Virus record (IMG/VR): IMGVR_UViG_3300030693_000013
Source of the DNA: a virus
Length of the DNA: 64,000 bases
Strand: one strand, 5' to 3'
Below are positions 20,301-30,244 of this stretch, one piece after another. The notes beneath the pieces were generated by a model. That model was not told the DNA's origin. It searched no databases and was given only the letters and a program-made list of their open reading frames with translations. Made by a program: the position numbers and the translations under genes. How positions within the stretch are numbered: the first letter of the stretch is position 1; each line of letters begins with the position of its first letter.

Positions 20301-22597
20301 GGCTCGAGGACCACCTCCGCACACCACACCAGCGCACGGGCCCCGAGACGTGGATGCCGCGCCGGCTGGTTGATCCGAAGGACAAATATTACAACGAGCT
20401 GAGCGACACGCTCTATGGTCGACACACCGAGCAGAAGGATCACGAAATCCAGCTGCTGAAGCACCTTGAGCAAATCTACAAGGATCAGGGCGGCCAGAAG
20501 ACGATCCTCCAGAAACTTCGTGCCGCGTTCGACGGTCGCAATCCCAAAGTGAAGGCGATGAACGACCAGCAGGAGCGTATCTATCTGGCGCGTGAAGCGA
20601 ACAAAATTCACACCTTGTCCCCCGAAGACCTCAAGGCCTATCAAGACCAGCTGGAGGGTGGCTTCCAGCAGAACGATGCCGTCAAGGCGTGGATCGATGC
20701 GCTCGACCCAAATAAGCTGGGGCCGAGCGTGCGCAACCACGTCTATCGGCTGGCCCGCGGTCCCTATGACCCGCTCAATCCGAGCGGCAAGCGCAGCATC
20801 TTCTCCGACCCGATCGGCGGCGTGAACAAGCGCCGGCTCGCCGGCAAGGCGCCGGGCACCGGCATGGATCGTACCTTCGTGGCGTTCGAGCACCCCAACG
20901 GTGCGCGCCTCGTGATCGCTCCTGAAGAGGGCAAGGGCTACACGCTCTGGGACAAGGGCACTCCGATCAAGGTCGCGGACCCGACATTCAAGTTCGAGGA
21001 TGGCAAGCAGGTCGACCTGGGTGGCCACAAATGGACCATGACCGATGCGCTGACCCCGGAGATCGAGACTAACGCCAAGGGCAGCGACGGCAAATTCATG
21101 AAGTATTATAAGAACGCCGCCGTCTCGATGGCGATGGCGAACGCGCAGCTGACCGAGACGATGCGCGGCATGCAGATGCTGCGCGATATCACTGAGGACC
21201 CGCGCTTCAAGGCCGAGAGCACCACCAACCCGAAGGACCAGCGCGTGCTGGATGGCGAGTTCGTGCGCAACCTGCTGCCCGAGACTGAGCACATCTTCAC
21301 CTCCAAGCGGATCGCGCATATTCTTGACGACTATGCCGCCCCCGGCTTCTCGGAAGAGACGTTCGAGAAGGGCCGCAACATCGGCCGGGCGCTGCTGCAG
21401 ACGCTGTTCTGGAACCCGATGATCCATCCTCAGAACATCGGCGCCCACTTCTATGCCGGCCGCGGCTGGGACAACTTCACTCCCAAGGGACTTCACATGC
21501 TGGTGAAGCACACCGGCATGGCCATTGCCGACACGATCCATCCCGGTCCCCTAACCCGTGAACTTCTGAACCACAATGCCGCGCTGATGTACACCAACGT
21601 GGCCACTGAAGACATGACAGAGAAGGTGCTCGGCAAGTTTGGCGAGTACATGGACCAGAACAAGCCGGCCTGGGACCAGATCGCCAAACGCATGGGCGTG
21701 GAGGCGAAGGATATCGGCAAAGCAGTGGTGAAGGCATCGCGTCACATCACCTGGGCCTCCAACGACGTGTTCTATAAATCTCTCTACCTTGACAACCGGG
21801 CGAAGGGTATGGACCCGCAGCACGCTGTCAACGCCACCGAGAAGGATATCCCGAATTACCGCGTGCAGCATGAGCTGTTCGGCAGTCGCGCGCTGTCGAA
21901 ATTCCAGCAGGACACCCTTGCATCCGGGTTCGGCCGTTATCACACCGGCATGATGAACGCCTTCGGCAACATTGCCGATGGGCTAGTTCACGGTGACAAG
22001 ACCGAGAAGCTGGAAGCGATGGGCAAGATCGTCGCGCTCGGCGTGCTCGGCATGATCATCAAGCCTTATCTGGACGAGAAGGCGAAATACATCACGGGCA
22101 ATCGCCATGCCGAGATGATGCCCCGCGGGCCGCTGACCCCGATCAACGAGCTGGGCAAGGCGCTCACCGGCAAGGCTGACATCATGGCGCCGGTTCGCTC
22201 CGTAGTCTCGCTGTCGCCGTTCCTCGCAGCGATGGATGAGTTTTACAAAAATAAGGACTTCGGTGGTCGTAACATCGTCGAGCCGGGCGACGTCGCCTTG
22301 GCCGCCAAGGGCTCGATGCCCGCTGCCGCGCGCGCCGCTACGCAAGCCGGGATGAATGCCGCCCGATCGGCCTTCCAGCCACTCAACCAGAGCGTTAATG
22401 CGATCCGGAACCCCCACGGCGGGCTAGGGGTGGGCCTGCGCGATCAACTTCTCGGCATCAGGAACCCGACCCCCAAGGCCGGCAAATGGGAGGACGGCGC
22501 CGAGAAAAAGGCAATCCAAACAGCAGCTTCCAGGGCCCGCGGCGGCGGTCACGATTTCGTCGAAAACTGGTTGACTAAAACCTTCGGATTTAGGTAA
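17366..22597 (+). CDS. Large ejection/polyvalent protein with inorganic pyrophosphatase-like (InPase) domain
   Basis: 1743 aa; three FDPDxYL repeats; segment EAGNYQKAH...DYGHVLGVKGADGDNLDLF...DQRNPETGKFDEHKIM. Confidence 0.7.
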   Translation: MADFDPDEYLSQVEPAEPSDDSAPPQQAQGDFDPDAYLAGLPADDNPQAPPPAPEGMVKTAARRAVGRAGGVMGGLVGMGMGAAEGAGAGLPGIVVGGLIGMGIGAYGGQGIEDEAKEGLGLDDSTQQAINAEANPWTSNLTDAALNIAGMGPAAGAGVAVRAGSAALGGVLEAGEEAASGEDFSPTKIALQAATNAVFPGVNKLGQKFVGAGERASARLGTVPGRPNQAPNPAAAQAHADVGDTSTQTAVGDSSTAEEPPVRTAETIGTPLSRPTNSQGEEATGKGGDSSYIKTSPSQVDGDTDMLTTGDMPPDWAAALAPDQVEVPGMPRPEPQQTSAPEQPQTSAPEPTPQAEPNAQSAPQPAPEPKPAEAAAPAQPAFDPDQYLAQLKQPVDAGFPRVGEPLDPGAGGDGSPRVSPNGRRPTLTLKSNAQEGAAPVRNAAPRVDEPVSTKTGKAEPNPSDAQVEAGNYQKAHERVLGRDVSYETEKGGTRRSKPGEPPWETNDFPADYGHVLGVKGADGDNLDLFNLRNGDKHYVIDQRNPETGKFDEHKIMANARDLNDARDAYTKSFSDGSGVSRIHDITPATEGDLKAWMALGNKKKPYSKVPFPQAVKQPKVVTAAVEKLKAAGQHEIAAKIMELPEAARVIAANKAARALINKTGELKTGEIKNIRVRQPAESVPGTDVQSKGPRDAARKSGELNALREVFDRHTPVKDEADADTIARAKALAEEAKTTGRYPFDMRKKQEPAMLVRAARTLAKDKDVSAFRATEQLLRSDDPAAHETVRQQQAEASIGRSHRAGDEATDRGEAAIAERNAGVNTEEDEMHDRIESKRNIEKASDIDDDLKKTLDMDKPADRKELAALFNKKAEQQVPEWKKVRDAKQKEIADRTAELLAARKAKAGESVDTPVRKIKLKDGTEVTPEEFAKIGEDKPPVTPKERYQDAAAKFLGDESASMNPKQIYADAKKFLKNTDKWLEDHLRTPHQRTGPETWMPRRLVDPKDKYYNELSDTLYGRHTEQKDHEIQLLKHLEQIYKDQGGQKTILQKLRAAFDGRNPKVKAMNDQQERIYLAREANKIHTLSPEDLKAYQDQLEGGFQQNDAVKAWIDALDPNKLGPSVRNHVYRLARGPYDPLNPSGKRSIFSDPIGGVNKRRLAGKAPGTGMDRTFVAFEHPNGARLVIAPEEGKGYTLWDKGTPIKVADPTFKFEDGKQVDLGGHKWTMTDALTPEIETNAKGSDGKFMKYYKNAAVSMAMANAQLTETMRGMQMLRDITEDPRFKAESTTNPKDQRVLDGEFVRNLLPETEHIFTSKRIAHILDDYAAPGFSEETFEKGRNIGRALLQTLFWNPMIHPQNIGAHFYAGRGWDNFTPKGLHMLVKHTGMAIADTIHPGPLTRELLNHNAALMYTNVATEDMTEKVLGKFGEYMDQNKPAWDQIAKRMGVEAKDIGKAVVKASRHITWASNDVFYKSLYLDNRAKGMDPQHAVNATEKDIPNYRVQHELFGSRALSKFQQDTLASGFGRYHTGMMNAFGNIADGLVHGDKTEKLEAMGKIVALGVLGMIIKPYLDEKAKYITGNRHAEMMPRGPLTPINELGKALTGKADIMAPVRSVVSLSPFLAAMDEFYKNKDFGGRNIVEPGDVALAAKGSMPAAARAATQAGMNAARSAFQPLNQSVNAIRNPHGGLGVGLRDQLLGIRNPTPKAGKWEDGAEKKAIQTAASRARGGGHDFVENWLTKTFGFR

Positions 22598-22647
22598 TTC
22601 TTAAGCCGCAAGGGCTTTTACTGCCACAGTATCAAAAGGAGCGTTCC

Positions 22648-22890
22648 ATGGCTGACTACATCAAAGGCGAAAAACCGAAAGACCTCGACGCGGCCAAGGG
22701 CGGCCTCGTGCTCGAGCGCCTGCGCAGCTTCGCGAAGGACCCCGACGAATATCATCCGATGGGCACTGGCCTCTCTGGTCCGGAGAACGCGCAGGAGTAC
22801 GACAAGGGTGGCAAGAAGGGCAAACGCGAGGGTGACACCAAGTCTCTGCCAATGTCCAAGGTGAAGAAAAAAGATGCTTCAGCTCTGTGA
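22648..22890 (+). CDS. Small hypothetical protein
   Basis: AAGGAG RBS; preceded by a CtrA-like box and a TACTG-N3-CAGTA site. Confidence 0.6.
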   Translation: MADYIKGEKPKDLDAAKGGLVLERLRSFAKDPDEYHPMGTGLSGPENAQEYDKGGKKGKREGDTKSLPMSKVKKKDASAL

Positions 22891-23121
22891 TCATTCGTCC
22901 CCAGGCTGCTTGCCTGAGTTCTTGTGTCGTCTTTGCCATCCGGAGTTGACCCGTGTCCCAGGCTGCACCTGCCACTACCTACCGACGAAATTCGATGGGC
23001 GACCGGTCCCGGTCCTCGTCCAGTGTCAAGCGTGCAATCCAACGCCGGCTCTGCGAGCGTGACTGGCACCTTGACGAAGAAGAACATGAGAACCCCGACT
23101 GGCTGGTAGGGGCCAACTGAG

Positions 23122-23283
23122 ATGAAAAAGCGGCCAGACATACAGATCGATGACAACGAGTGGTGCACGATCGAGTGGAAAGGACAACGGGAGAAATGCT
23201 GCGGCTGCGGTCTTAAGCACAGGGTGGACTATCGTGTGCACGACGGCAAGTTGCAGTTCAAAGCCGTTCAGGTGCTTCGATGA
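23122..23283 (+). CDS. Small Cys-containing protein (53 aa)
   Basis: MKKRPDIQIDDNEWCTIEWKGQREKCCGCGLKHRVDYRVHDGKLQFKAVQVLR, read manually; coupled to 23280. Confidence 0.5.
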   Translation: MKKRPDIQIDDNEWCTIEWKGQREKCCGCGLKHRVDYRVHDGKLQFKAVQVLR

Positions 23284-23504
23284 TGAAATGGATCGCCCCC
23301 GGGCTCCTAGTATTCGCCTGCTTCACCTCGCCCAGTGCCAACAACTGGGCCATCTGGATCGACAAGCAGCAGATCGTCTCAGTGCAGCACGCTGTAGGCT
23401 GCACCGAAGCGGCCGGCTCCCAGCTGATCACCACCAACGGCACGGTGTGCGTCGTCGAGACGCCGAAGCAAGTGCTCAAAATCCTGAATGACCTGAAAGA
23501 TTAA
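23280..23504 (+). CDS. Small hypothetical protein
   Basis: Last + strand gene; its TAA overlaps the TAA of the convergent gene. Confidence 0.5.
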   Translation: MMKWIAPGLLVFACFTSPSANNWAIWIDKQQIVSVQHAVGCTEAAGSQLITTNGTVCVVETPKQVLKILNDLKD

Positions 23505-23647
23505 CGCGCCGTCATCCACAGCCCGACGTTCGCGAGGGCGTAGGCGGCGAAGGTGACGGACATACCCCACTTCTCTTCACACGCGAAGAGGACGGCAGCG
23601 GCAGCATACTGCACCCCAACCCCAATGATCAGCCACTGGACGATCAC
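23501..23647 (-). CDS. Small membrane protein (48 aa)
   Basis: GTG start, two hydrophobic segments (WLIIGVGVQYAAAAVLF; FAAYALANVGLW), GTGA overlap with the upstream gene. Confidence 0.45.
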   Translation of the reverse strand: MIVQWLIIGVGVQYAAAAVLFACEEKWGMSVTFAAYALANVGLWMTAR

Positions 23648-23898
23648 CGCTGGTTCCTCCGCAGGGAGTTGCGCACAGCGTCTTGGAAGTCAGCATAGCC
23701 CTCGGCCGAGAAGCCGCGGTTAATCGTGATGCTGATGCCGCCCACCGCATCGGCGATCTGGATCAGCACTTCATCCCATGTCAGATTTTCACCTTTGATG
23801 ATCTCGTTGGCCTTGCGGATAGCCGCGAGCGCCTCGCCGTCCGAGCTGGACTGCGTGAGCGATAAGACTTTGGCCAGTCGTTCACGATCAAGCGGCAT
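23644..23898 (-). CDS. Hypothetical protein (DUF2786-like N-terminus)
   Basis: RLAKVLSLTQSSSDGEALAAIRKA pattern. Confidence 0.45.
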   Translation of the reverse strand: MPLDRERLAKVLSLTQSSSDGEALAAIRKANEIIKGENLTWDEVLIQIADAVGGISITINRGFSAEGYADFQDAVRNSLRRNQR

Positions 23899-26800
23899 TT
23901 TTCAGTTCCTCTTCGAAGCCCATGTCCTCGGGTAGCTGTTCGGTAGGCCTGCCGGCCATTGCTGCGGCAGTAAGCCGCTCGCGGTCTGGCAATGGCGTGA
24001 ATGCCAGCATCATCTCCCAGAGCGGGGTGTCGTAGCCGATGGTCAGAACATGGCAGTTCTCACGGCCGCTGTCGACGATCGTCCCAGAACCGATCTTAAT
24101 CATCCGCGTCTGGATGTGATACATATCGTCGATTTTCTTCATCACCGCGGTCGAGTTGAGTTTGTGCGCTTTCAGGAATTTCTTGAATGATTGCTCAGCG
24201 ATGATCAGGGCGTTGTTGTCCTCGGCGAACCTGAACTCGAACCCGCCCTGGGTGTTGCGTTGCCCGTCGATGCCGTGGCGCACGAGCACTGGCTTGGCTG
24301 GTCGACCTTTGGTGTAGTTCATGTAGTTCGTCCACAGCCCATGACCGCCAGCTTGCATCTCCTTCAGCCAGCGGGTGAGCGCATCCTCGGAGTTGTCCAC
24401 CGATCCGCCCTTGGCGTAGGCATCGCGTTTGGCCTTGTTGTCGTGGTAGACGCCGATCAGGAACCGCTCGATATCGACTGGATCGACGTCCACTCCCAAG
24501 GTCTTGGCTTCCTGTGCAGCGATCGTGAGGGTGGCGATCGTGGCCAACCAGTAGCGTTCGGTCTGGCCCTTGCCGGGGCCACCGCAAAGGAACGTCTCCA
24601 GCTCGTTGGACTTGTCCAGCAGCTGCTGCTCGATACGCTTATGGTTCATCGCCAAGTGCTTGGCGTAGACCAGCCCCATGTGGCCGTAGTTATTGGAGAG
24701 TTTGTTGACCCGCGCCTCGGCATCGGCATTGAAAATATTCCCCACGCCGTCGGTGAGCGTCTTCAGATCACCGTACTCGAGCACGCGCATCACCATCGCC
24801 ACCGTGTTCTCGTCCTCGTCGCGCAGGAACTCCACAAGACTGCGGTTGGCGGTATACATCATCATGAGCTGGTACTCGCCGCTCTCCTGCATGCGCTGGC
24901 CGTCGAGCATGCGGGACTTCTCGGTGCCGCTGTCGATCTCCTGCATCATGGTGTTGAATTTCTGCAGGGTCTTTTCGCCCTTCTGTTCGTCCCAGTAGGC
25001 TGGGAGATGGCGGGTGGTCTTGAGCCGGCTACCGATGCTGTTCTCGGTGCCGCGCTGCCCGATCTTGGTGTTCTTTGGGTGGCCCCACACGGCGGCACCG
25101 ACGCTCGATGTGGTGGTCTTGCCGGCTCCGCTGTCGGTGCCATGGGCCGCGAGCACCGCGGTGTTCTTCCCGTTGACGCTTATGAGCGGAGAGGCGAAGG
25201 CCATGAGCAAGATGCAGTTCAGCTCTTGGCGCTTGCGATCGGTGACGGTCTTGCACGCGATCCACCATGGCTCTGGCTTGCCGGTGGCGCCGTACATTTT
25301 CTTGATCGTGATATCCGGGACGCTGGAGCGCTGCTCGGTGCCGTCATCCTTGAAGAGGGTGCCGCCGAACGCGAACCCGCGCCGATCTCCATCTTCGAAG
25401 AACCATCCGAATGGGACACTCTGTTGTGCCGATGCGAGTTCACGTAGTTTGCCGATGACGCTCAAGAAGAAGTCCTTTACAAACATAGGAGGGCAACCTG
25501 GGGCAATCAACACGCGCTTGCGCAGCAAGATACTCGATAGGTTCAACGAACCAATATCCCCCATGTCGAGCGATACGTCGTCGGCGAAGCCCTTGTCAAG
25601 CGTGACGTTGAAAACGATTTGCTCTCCCGGGTTTTTTTGGAGGCTGAAGTTGGAGAGCACAGCGTCGAAAATGATGATGTTCTTGATCGTTGGCGCGTCA
25701 CCTTCTTTTTTACCCTCTTTGGTGGTGACGCGGACGATGCGGTTCTTCTCGTCATATTCGAATGGGAATGGCAGCGGGATCAGCGTCTGCCCGGTCGGCA
25801 TTACTGTGGCAGCAATCTTCGGCCTTATATTGAGCGGTGACTTCCCGTCCTTGAACAGCGGGCACGACGTGCACACCGGGCTGCCAAGGCTGTTAAACGT
25901 GGCACACTTGGGATATCCAAACTTGCTGTTACGTCTTTCATCCATTTTGCGATCGAAGAACGCCTGTGCGTCATCCGGGGTGTAGTCCGCGTGTTTGTCC
26001 GATATTTGGTGCGCGATTTCATTGCCGCCCTCCATGAACGTGGTGCCCGCGATTAGCGCGTTCCACATTGGTTGCGATTGCCCGGCACCGCCTGATGCCA
26101 GCGTGTCACGGTATAGCTTGCAGCCTCCCTTGGTTTGATCTCGGAAGATGGGACGGGGGTCAACCAGATGGCCCCCGATCTGGAGCCCGTCCGCCAGTGT
26201 TTCCTTGAGCCCTTTCAAGCTGTCGAACTCGGCGGCCGGGCCCGCACGAAAAAGTGATGGGTCAACGCCGTCCGCGAACAACGTCTTGGGCGCCGCAGTG
26301 GCGCGCGCCGGCGTGGCGCTGTCGGTGTACTGCTTCAAAACCCCGAGCTGCGCCTCAAAATCGTATAGCTTCAGCGGGAGCGCGCCGAGCGTGGTCGGGC
26401 GCGGGGGGTTGGTCTTGTAATTGAGCGTGCCCGGCATGCGGAGGATGCGGACGATATCGGCGGTGCAGGAGACGTCGAACTTGATGCCCCGGGCAATCAA
26501 TCTGTTCTTGAGCCCGGTGGCGAATGGGCGCCACTCGTCTGGGGTCAGGGCTTTATCGCTGATCCAGTAGACGTGAGCGCCGCCGCCCGAGCCCACGATC
26601 GCGCTGGGGGATGGGATACCCTCGTCCTTGGCGAACTGGAAGATTGCCTTGATGCCGTCCTGTGGGGTGGCGTATTTATTGGGGTCGTTGGGGTCGACGT
26701 CAAGATCGACGAAGATCGACTTGCTGGACACTGTCGTCGCGGTGTCGCGCTTCAGGTAGGTCTTATTGTGCTTGGCGTCGGTGATCAACTGGCCCTGCTG

Positions 26801-27037
26801 CGACGTGCAGAACCACATGTCGCGGTTCCACTGCGTGTTGTTCAGCTGCTGGTGCACCTGCACCACCATGTCCGCGGCAGAGGCGAACGGCTTGGCCCGG
26901 CCGACGCTCAGCTTCTGACCCAGCGTCCAGCCCTTGCCTGGGAAGCTGGATATTAAGCCGCAACGGCCGGGGTCATTTGGCCCCGGCCATGGTAGCACTG
27001 CGGCCAAGAAGGCCTCGATATCGATCCAGTTAGCCAC
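23888..27037 (-). CDS. Primase-helicase (RepB-like primase + DUF927 + helicase)
   Basis: FVDLD, GSGGGAHVYW and RILRMPGTLNYK primase motifs; Cys cluster; DUF927-like centre; Walker A GTDSGAGKTT. Confidence 0.8.
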   Translation of the reverse strand: MANWIDIEAFLAAVLPWPGPNDPGRCGLISSFPGKGWTLGQKLSVGRAKPFASAADMVVQVHQQLNNTQWNRDMWFCTSQQGQLITDAKHNKTYLKRDTATTVSSKSIFVDLDVDPNDPNKYATPQDGIKAIFQFAKDEGIPSPSAIVGSGGGAHVYWISDKALTPDEWRPFATGLKNRLIARGIKFDVSCTADIVRILRMPGTLNYKTNPPRPTTLGALPLKLYDFEAQLGVLKQYTDSATPARATAAPKTLFADGVDPSLFRAGPAAEFDSLKGLKETLADGLQIGGHLVDPRPIFRDQTKGGCKLYRDTLASGGAGQSQPMWNALIAGTTFMEGGNEIAHQISDKHADYTPDDAQAFFDRKMDERRNSKFGYPKCATFNSLGSPVCTSCPLFKDGKSPLNIRPKIAATVMPTGQTLIPLPFPFEYDEKNRIVRVTTKEGKKEGDAPTIKNIIIFDAVLSNFSLQKNPGEQIVFNVTLDKGFADDVSLDMGDIGSLNLSSILLRKRVLIAPGCPPMFVKDFFLSVIGKLRELASAQQSVPFGWFFEDGDRRGFAFGGTLFKDDGTEQRSSVPDITIKKMYGATGKPEPWWIACKTVTDRKRQELNCILLMAFASPLISVNGKNTAVLAAHGTDSGAGKTTTSSVGAAVWGHPKNTKIGQRGTENSIGSRLKTTRHLPAYWDEQKGEKTLQKFNTMMQEIDSGTEKSRMLDGQRMQESGEYQLMMMYTANRSLVEFLRDEDENTVAMVMRVLEYGDLKTLTDGVGNIFNADAEARVNKLSNNYGHMGLVYAKHLAMNHKRIEQQLLDKSNELETFLCGGPGKGQTERYWLATIATLTIAAQEAKTLGVDVDPVDIERFLIGVYHDNKAKRDAYAKGGSVDNSEDALTRWLKEMQAGGHGLWTNYMNYTKGRPAKPVLVRHGIDGQRNTQGGFEFRFAEDNNALIIAEQSFKKFLKAHKLNSTAVMKKIDDMYHIQTRMIKIGSGTIVDSGRENCHVLTIGYDTPLWEMMLAFTPLPDRERLTAAAMAGRPTEQLPEDMGFEEELKNAA

Positions 27038-27048
27038 TTCGCCATCCC

Positions 27049-28221
27049 TTACTTAGGGAGGATACCTGCAATTCGGGCGTCGAGTTCGTCGTCGCCTTCT
27101 TCAGTGTCCCCGACGTCGGCGGTCGTGTTTGCCGACAAAACTGTCGATGCGGGGGCAGTTGCGTCCCCGAACCCAGTGTCAATGGCACCAGCCGGTGCAG
27201 CGGCGGTCGTGGATGCGGCCATGCTTACTGCCGCAGTATCGCCACCCACGTCCCCGAAGCCCATGTCTTGAGGCCCGGCAGGGGCCGCAGCCTTGGCAAC
27301 GAGCGCGGCCTGAGCGGCGGCGGCGGCGACGGCGACGGCCTTCTGCGCGTCAACAAGGTCCTGAGCAGCCTTGGCGGCCGCGGCAGCGAGTGCCGGGTCG
27401 GGGGCAGCGCCTTGGTTGACGAACGTGGTGTGCTGGACCTGCGCAGCCGGCTTCGGCCGTGCGCGCCCAGTGTCGTTCTCACCGGTAATCCGGTAGGACG
27501 TCGGGTCGTCCCGCAGCGGCATCACCAGGGCAGCTTCCCGGCCCGCGAGGGGCTGGAGGGCGCTGAACTTCATCTGCGGGTGGGGCTTGGTGGGGTCGAA
27601 CCCGATCCGCGTGATGTAGGTCGAGAAGTGGAAGCCCTGCGCCGTCATGCCCTCGCCCAGCAGGGCAAGATCATTAAGGGACGCTGCGGGAACGCGCAGG
27701 AACACCGGCTCCATCAGAGCGGCGCCCAGCAGGTCCTTGGTCAGCTTCGGCACGATCAGCACGGCGAGGCGCTTGTAGTCGGCGCACTCCCGGGTCTTGC
27801 GTCCCTCGGCGTTCACCTTGAACACGTTCCTCGGGCAGATCGCGCACGAGGCCGCCTGCGGGGCAGCAATGTCGGCATCGGGGGTGATGCCATCGAGAGC
27901 CGCGCAGATCGGCCGGGTGCCGATGTTGCCGTCCGAGTAGGTGCCGGGCGGATAGTAGGACTTCGACTTGGCGGGCATCTGGCGCAGCACGATGACGTCG
28001 AGGAACGCCGCCGGCGAGCCATCGTCCTGTCGGACGAAGTTGTAGGTCTGTCCGCGGAGACGCAGCGACCAGACTTTACCTTTGTACCCGACGATGCCGT
28101 AGCTAGAGCCGATACCATCGGAGAGGCTCTCCTGATGGGGATCGAGACCGGCGAACTCAGTGGCTGGGGCCAGCCCTTTGAACGCGGCAATGTTCATCAT
28201 ATCAGTTCCGGGAGAAGACAT
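27049..28221 (-). CDS. Putative ssDNA-binding/recombination protein
   Basis: Cys-containing core (CAALDGITPD..CAICPRN..ECADYKRLAV), Ala-rich linker, acidic C-terminus; lies in the replication module. Confidence 0.5.
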   Translation of the reverse strand: MSSPGTDMMNIAAFKGLAPATEFAGLDPHQESLSDGIGSSYGIVGYKGKVWSLRLRGQTYNFVRQDDGSPAAFLDVIVLRQMPAKSKSYYPPGTYSDGNIGTRPICAALDGITPDADIAAPQAASCAICPRNVFKVNAEGRKTRECADYKRLAVLIVPKLTKDLLGAALMEPVFLRVPAASLNDLALLGEGMTAQGFHFSTYITRIGFDPTKPHPQMKFSALQPLAGREAALVMPLRDDPTSYRITGENDTGRARPKPAAQVQHTTFVNQGAAPDPALAAAAAKAAQDLVDAQKAVAVAAAAAQAALVAKAAAPAGPQDMGFGDVGGDTAAVSMAASTTAAAPAGAIDTGFGDATAPASTVLSANTTADVGDTEEGDDELDARIAGILPK

Positions 28222-28233
28222 GGTTGGTGGTCC

Positions 28234-28650
28234 TTATTTGCCGGGTGCTCGTCGCACGCCAACGGTTGCAATGGAAGAGAGCGAAACACCGGGGGGTAGG
28301 GTGTTGTGCTCGGTGACGTAATCCTTCACCGCAGTGACGTTCGCCTTGCGGTCAAGCAGATCGAAAAGGTTGTTTGCGATGATAAAGTCCATGAACGCCT
28401 TGGGGTCTGCGAGCGATGCCGTGTAGCGGGTCGACGTGTAGCACGTCCCTTCCGCTGTCTTGATACTCTCTGCGCCAGTGGCAGTCAACGCAGTCTGTAG
28501 CTTTCCAGTTAAGATTTCGATTATGTTCTTAGCATCCGCCAGCTCTGCCTTGTGACGGTCCTCAACCACCTTAATTTGGTCGCGGACAGCCACGTACTGG
28601 TTGATCCATTTCTCCACCTTGCTTGGGCTGGTGGGTGCGGTTTCCGACAT
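28234..28650 (-). CDS. Conserved phage replication-module protein
   Basis: Coiled-coil N-half, SIKTAEGTCY motif, AGGAG RBS. Confidence 0.55.
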   Translation of the reverse strand: MSETAPTSPSKVEKWINQYVAVRDQIKVVEDRHKAELADAKNIIEILTGKLQTALTATGAESIKTAEGTCYTSTRYTASLADPKAFMDFIIANNLFDLLDRKANVTAVKDYVTEHNTLPPGVSLSSIATVGVRRAPGK

Positions 28651-28684
28651 TTTAGTCCTCCTGTTGGGTGTGCCGCGTCGGGCA

Positions 28685-30244
28685 CTATGCTGCTATTTGC
28701 TGTTCAGTAGCCTCGCTCAGCAGCCCTAGCAAGGTGTCCTGTACCTTCTGCTTCCTCATGAGCATCGAGTAAATCTTCCGCTCCACCTGGGTGGACTGCA
28801 GATGCGTCACTCGCTGCTTAAACTTCTGGCCTACCCGCGTGATGCGCGCGTTCGCCTGCTCGTAGATGTCAAGGCTCGTGATAGGTTGATACCAAATGAT
28901 ATGGTCGGACGCCGTGAGCGTGAGCCCGTGAGCCACACATTCAGGATGCGCCAGCAGAACTTTGTACTTGGTCGTGTTCTGGAAGAGATTGAATATCTCA
29001 GATCGCCCAGAGACACTGCCGTGGACAACCGCATGCTCAATTCCAGCGGCATCCAGCACTTCGCTAAGCCCCTCGATGGTATGCCGGTACGGGACATAGA
29101 CGATCACCTTTCTTTCGTTCTCGTTAATTAGGTCGATCAACACATCGTGACGGGGCATCGGATCAGCCGGCTTGAACACCTTGATCGAGCCCATTGGCTT
29201 GGCATAGACCCAGCCGCCCGACACCTGCAGCAGCTTGCCCATGGCGACCGCGGCGTTCTGTGCCGTAATCTGGTTGATGCCGATCTCGGCGACAAACTCT
29301 TTCGCCAGCTTCTGGTAAGTGGCGGCCTGCAGCGGCGTCAGGGGAACGTCCACGGCGCGCATGATCGTCTCGGGCAGCTCCACCACGTCGGCCAGATCGA
29401 ACCGGACATTGGGCTGCAGCATCGCCATCGCGCGCTCAATCGCCTCAGGCCGCGGGCGCCAGAGGAAATTGTTCACCTTAGTCATCAAGAGTTCTTGGGC
29501 TTGTCGGAAGTATTTCGGAGATGTGCTCGGTGTGACCACCTTACTGATACCCCAAACGTCTGTAGGCTCATTCGGCATCGGACGACCGGTGAGCCCCCAG
29601 ACAATCTTAAAACGGATACAGAATTTTCGCATATCTTTTGAACGCTCCGAATTGTTTCGGTAGACAGCGACCTCGTCAAGACAGAGAACGTCAATGTCTG
29701 TTCGCTGAGAAAGTTCGGATTGCACGGTACGTAGGCCATCGTGATTAATGACGTATATGTCCGCATCTTCCGCGAGCAGTTCGAGCCGCCTTTTCTTCGA
29801 GCCATGCAACACTACTACCTTTCTATGCGGCAGCGTCGCAAATGCTTCGCTCTGCCAGACGAACTTGAGGGTCGAGAGCGTGGCCACCACCAGCATCTTG
29901 CCACAGTGACCTTCCTTGTTGAGATAGTCCCATGCCCAGAGCGTGGCCTTGGTCTTGCCGGTGCCCATTGAATTTAGCACATAGCTCCGCTCGTGCGTGG
30001 TCATCATGTCGACGGTGTGCTGCTGCACGCTGAACGGCTTGACCTCGCCGAAGTCGTAGTAGGAGAGCATCGGGTTGCGCACCTTGTAGCCCAGATGGCG
30101 CAGCATGATCGTCTCGCGAAGACCGTGCGGGATCAGCAGCTCAGTCTGGCTGAGCAGCGTGGCGTTCGGGAACATGTTCTGCGTCTCGCCGGTGACTGGG
30201 GCGATCAGCATCTGGTGCTTGGTACTAACTCGGACTTTCATCAT
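28685..30244 (-). CDS. SNF2-family helicase
   Basis: MGTGKT, CLDEVAVY, GLTGRPMPNEPTD, AHGLTLT and EQANARITRVGQ motifs. Confidence 0.9.
   Translation of the reverse strand: MMKVRVSTKHQMLIAPVTGETQNMFPNATLLSQTELLIPHGLRETIMLRHLGYKVRNPMLSYYDFGEVKPFSVQQHTVDMMTTHERSYVLNSMGTGKTKATLWAWDYLNKEGHCGKMLVVATLSTLKFVWQSEAFATLPHRKVVVLHGSKKRRLELLAEDADIYVINHDGLRTVQSELSQRTDIDVLCLDEVAVYRNNSERSKDMRKFCIRFKIVWGLTGRPMPNEPTDVWGISKVVTPSTSPKYFRQAQELLMTKVNNFLWRPRPEAIERAMAMLQPNVRFDLADVVELPETIMRAVDVPLTPLQAATYQKLAKEFVAEIGINQITAQNAAVAMGKLLQVSGGWVYAKPMGSIKVFKPADPMPRHDVLIDLINENERKVIVYVPYRHTIEGLSEVLDAAGIEHAVVHGSVSGRSEIFNLFQNTTKYKVLLAHPECVAHGLTLTASDHIIWYQPITSLDIYEQANARITRVGQKFKQRVTHLQSTQVERKIYSMLMRKQKVQDTLLGLLSEATEQQIAA

Noticed and set aside
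12303-21541. Long antisense ORFs (e.g. 12303-14123, 18656-19990, 20054-21541)
   Set aside because: Expected opposite GC3-rich genes; no recognisable motifs; they fully overlap better-supported CDSs.
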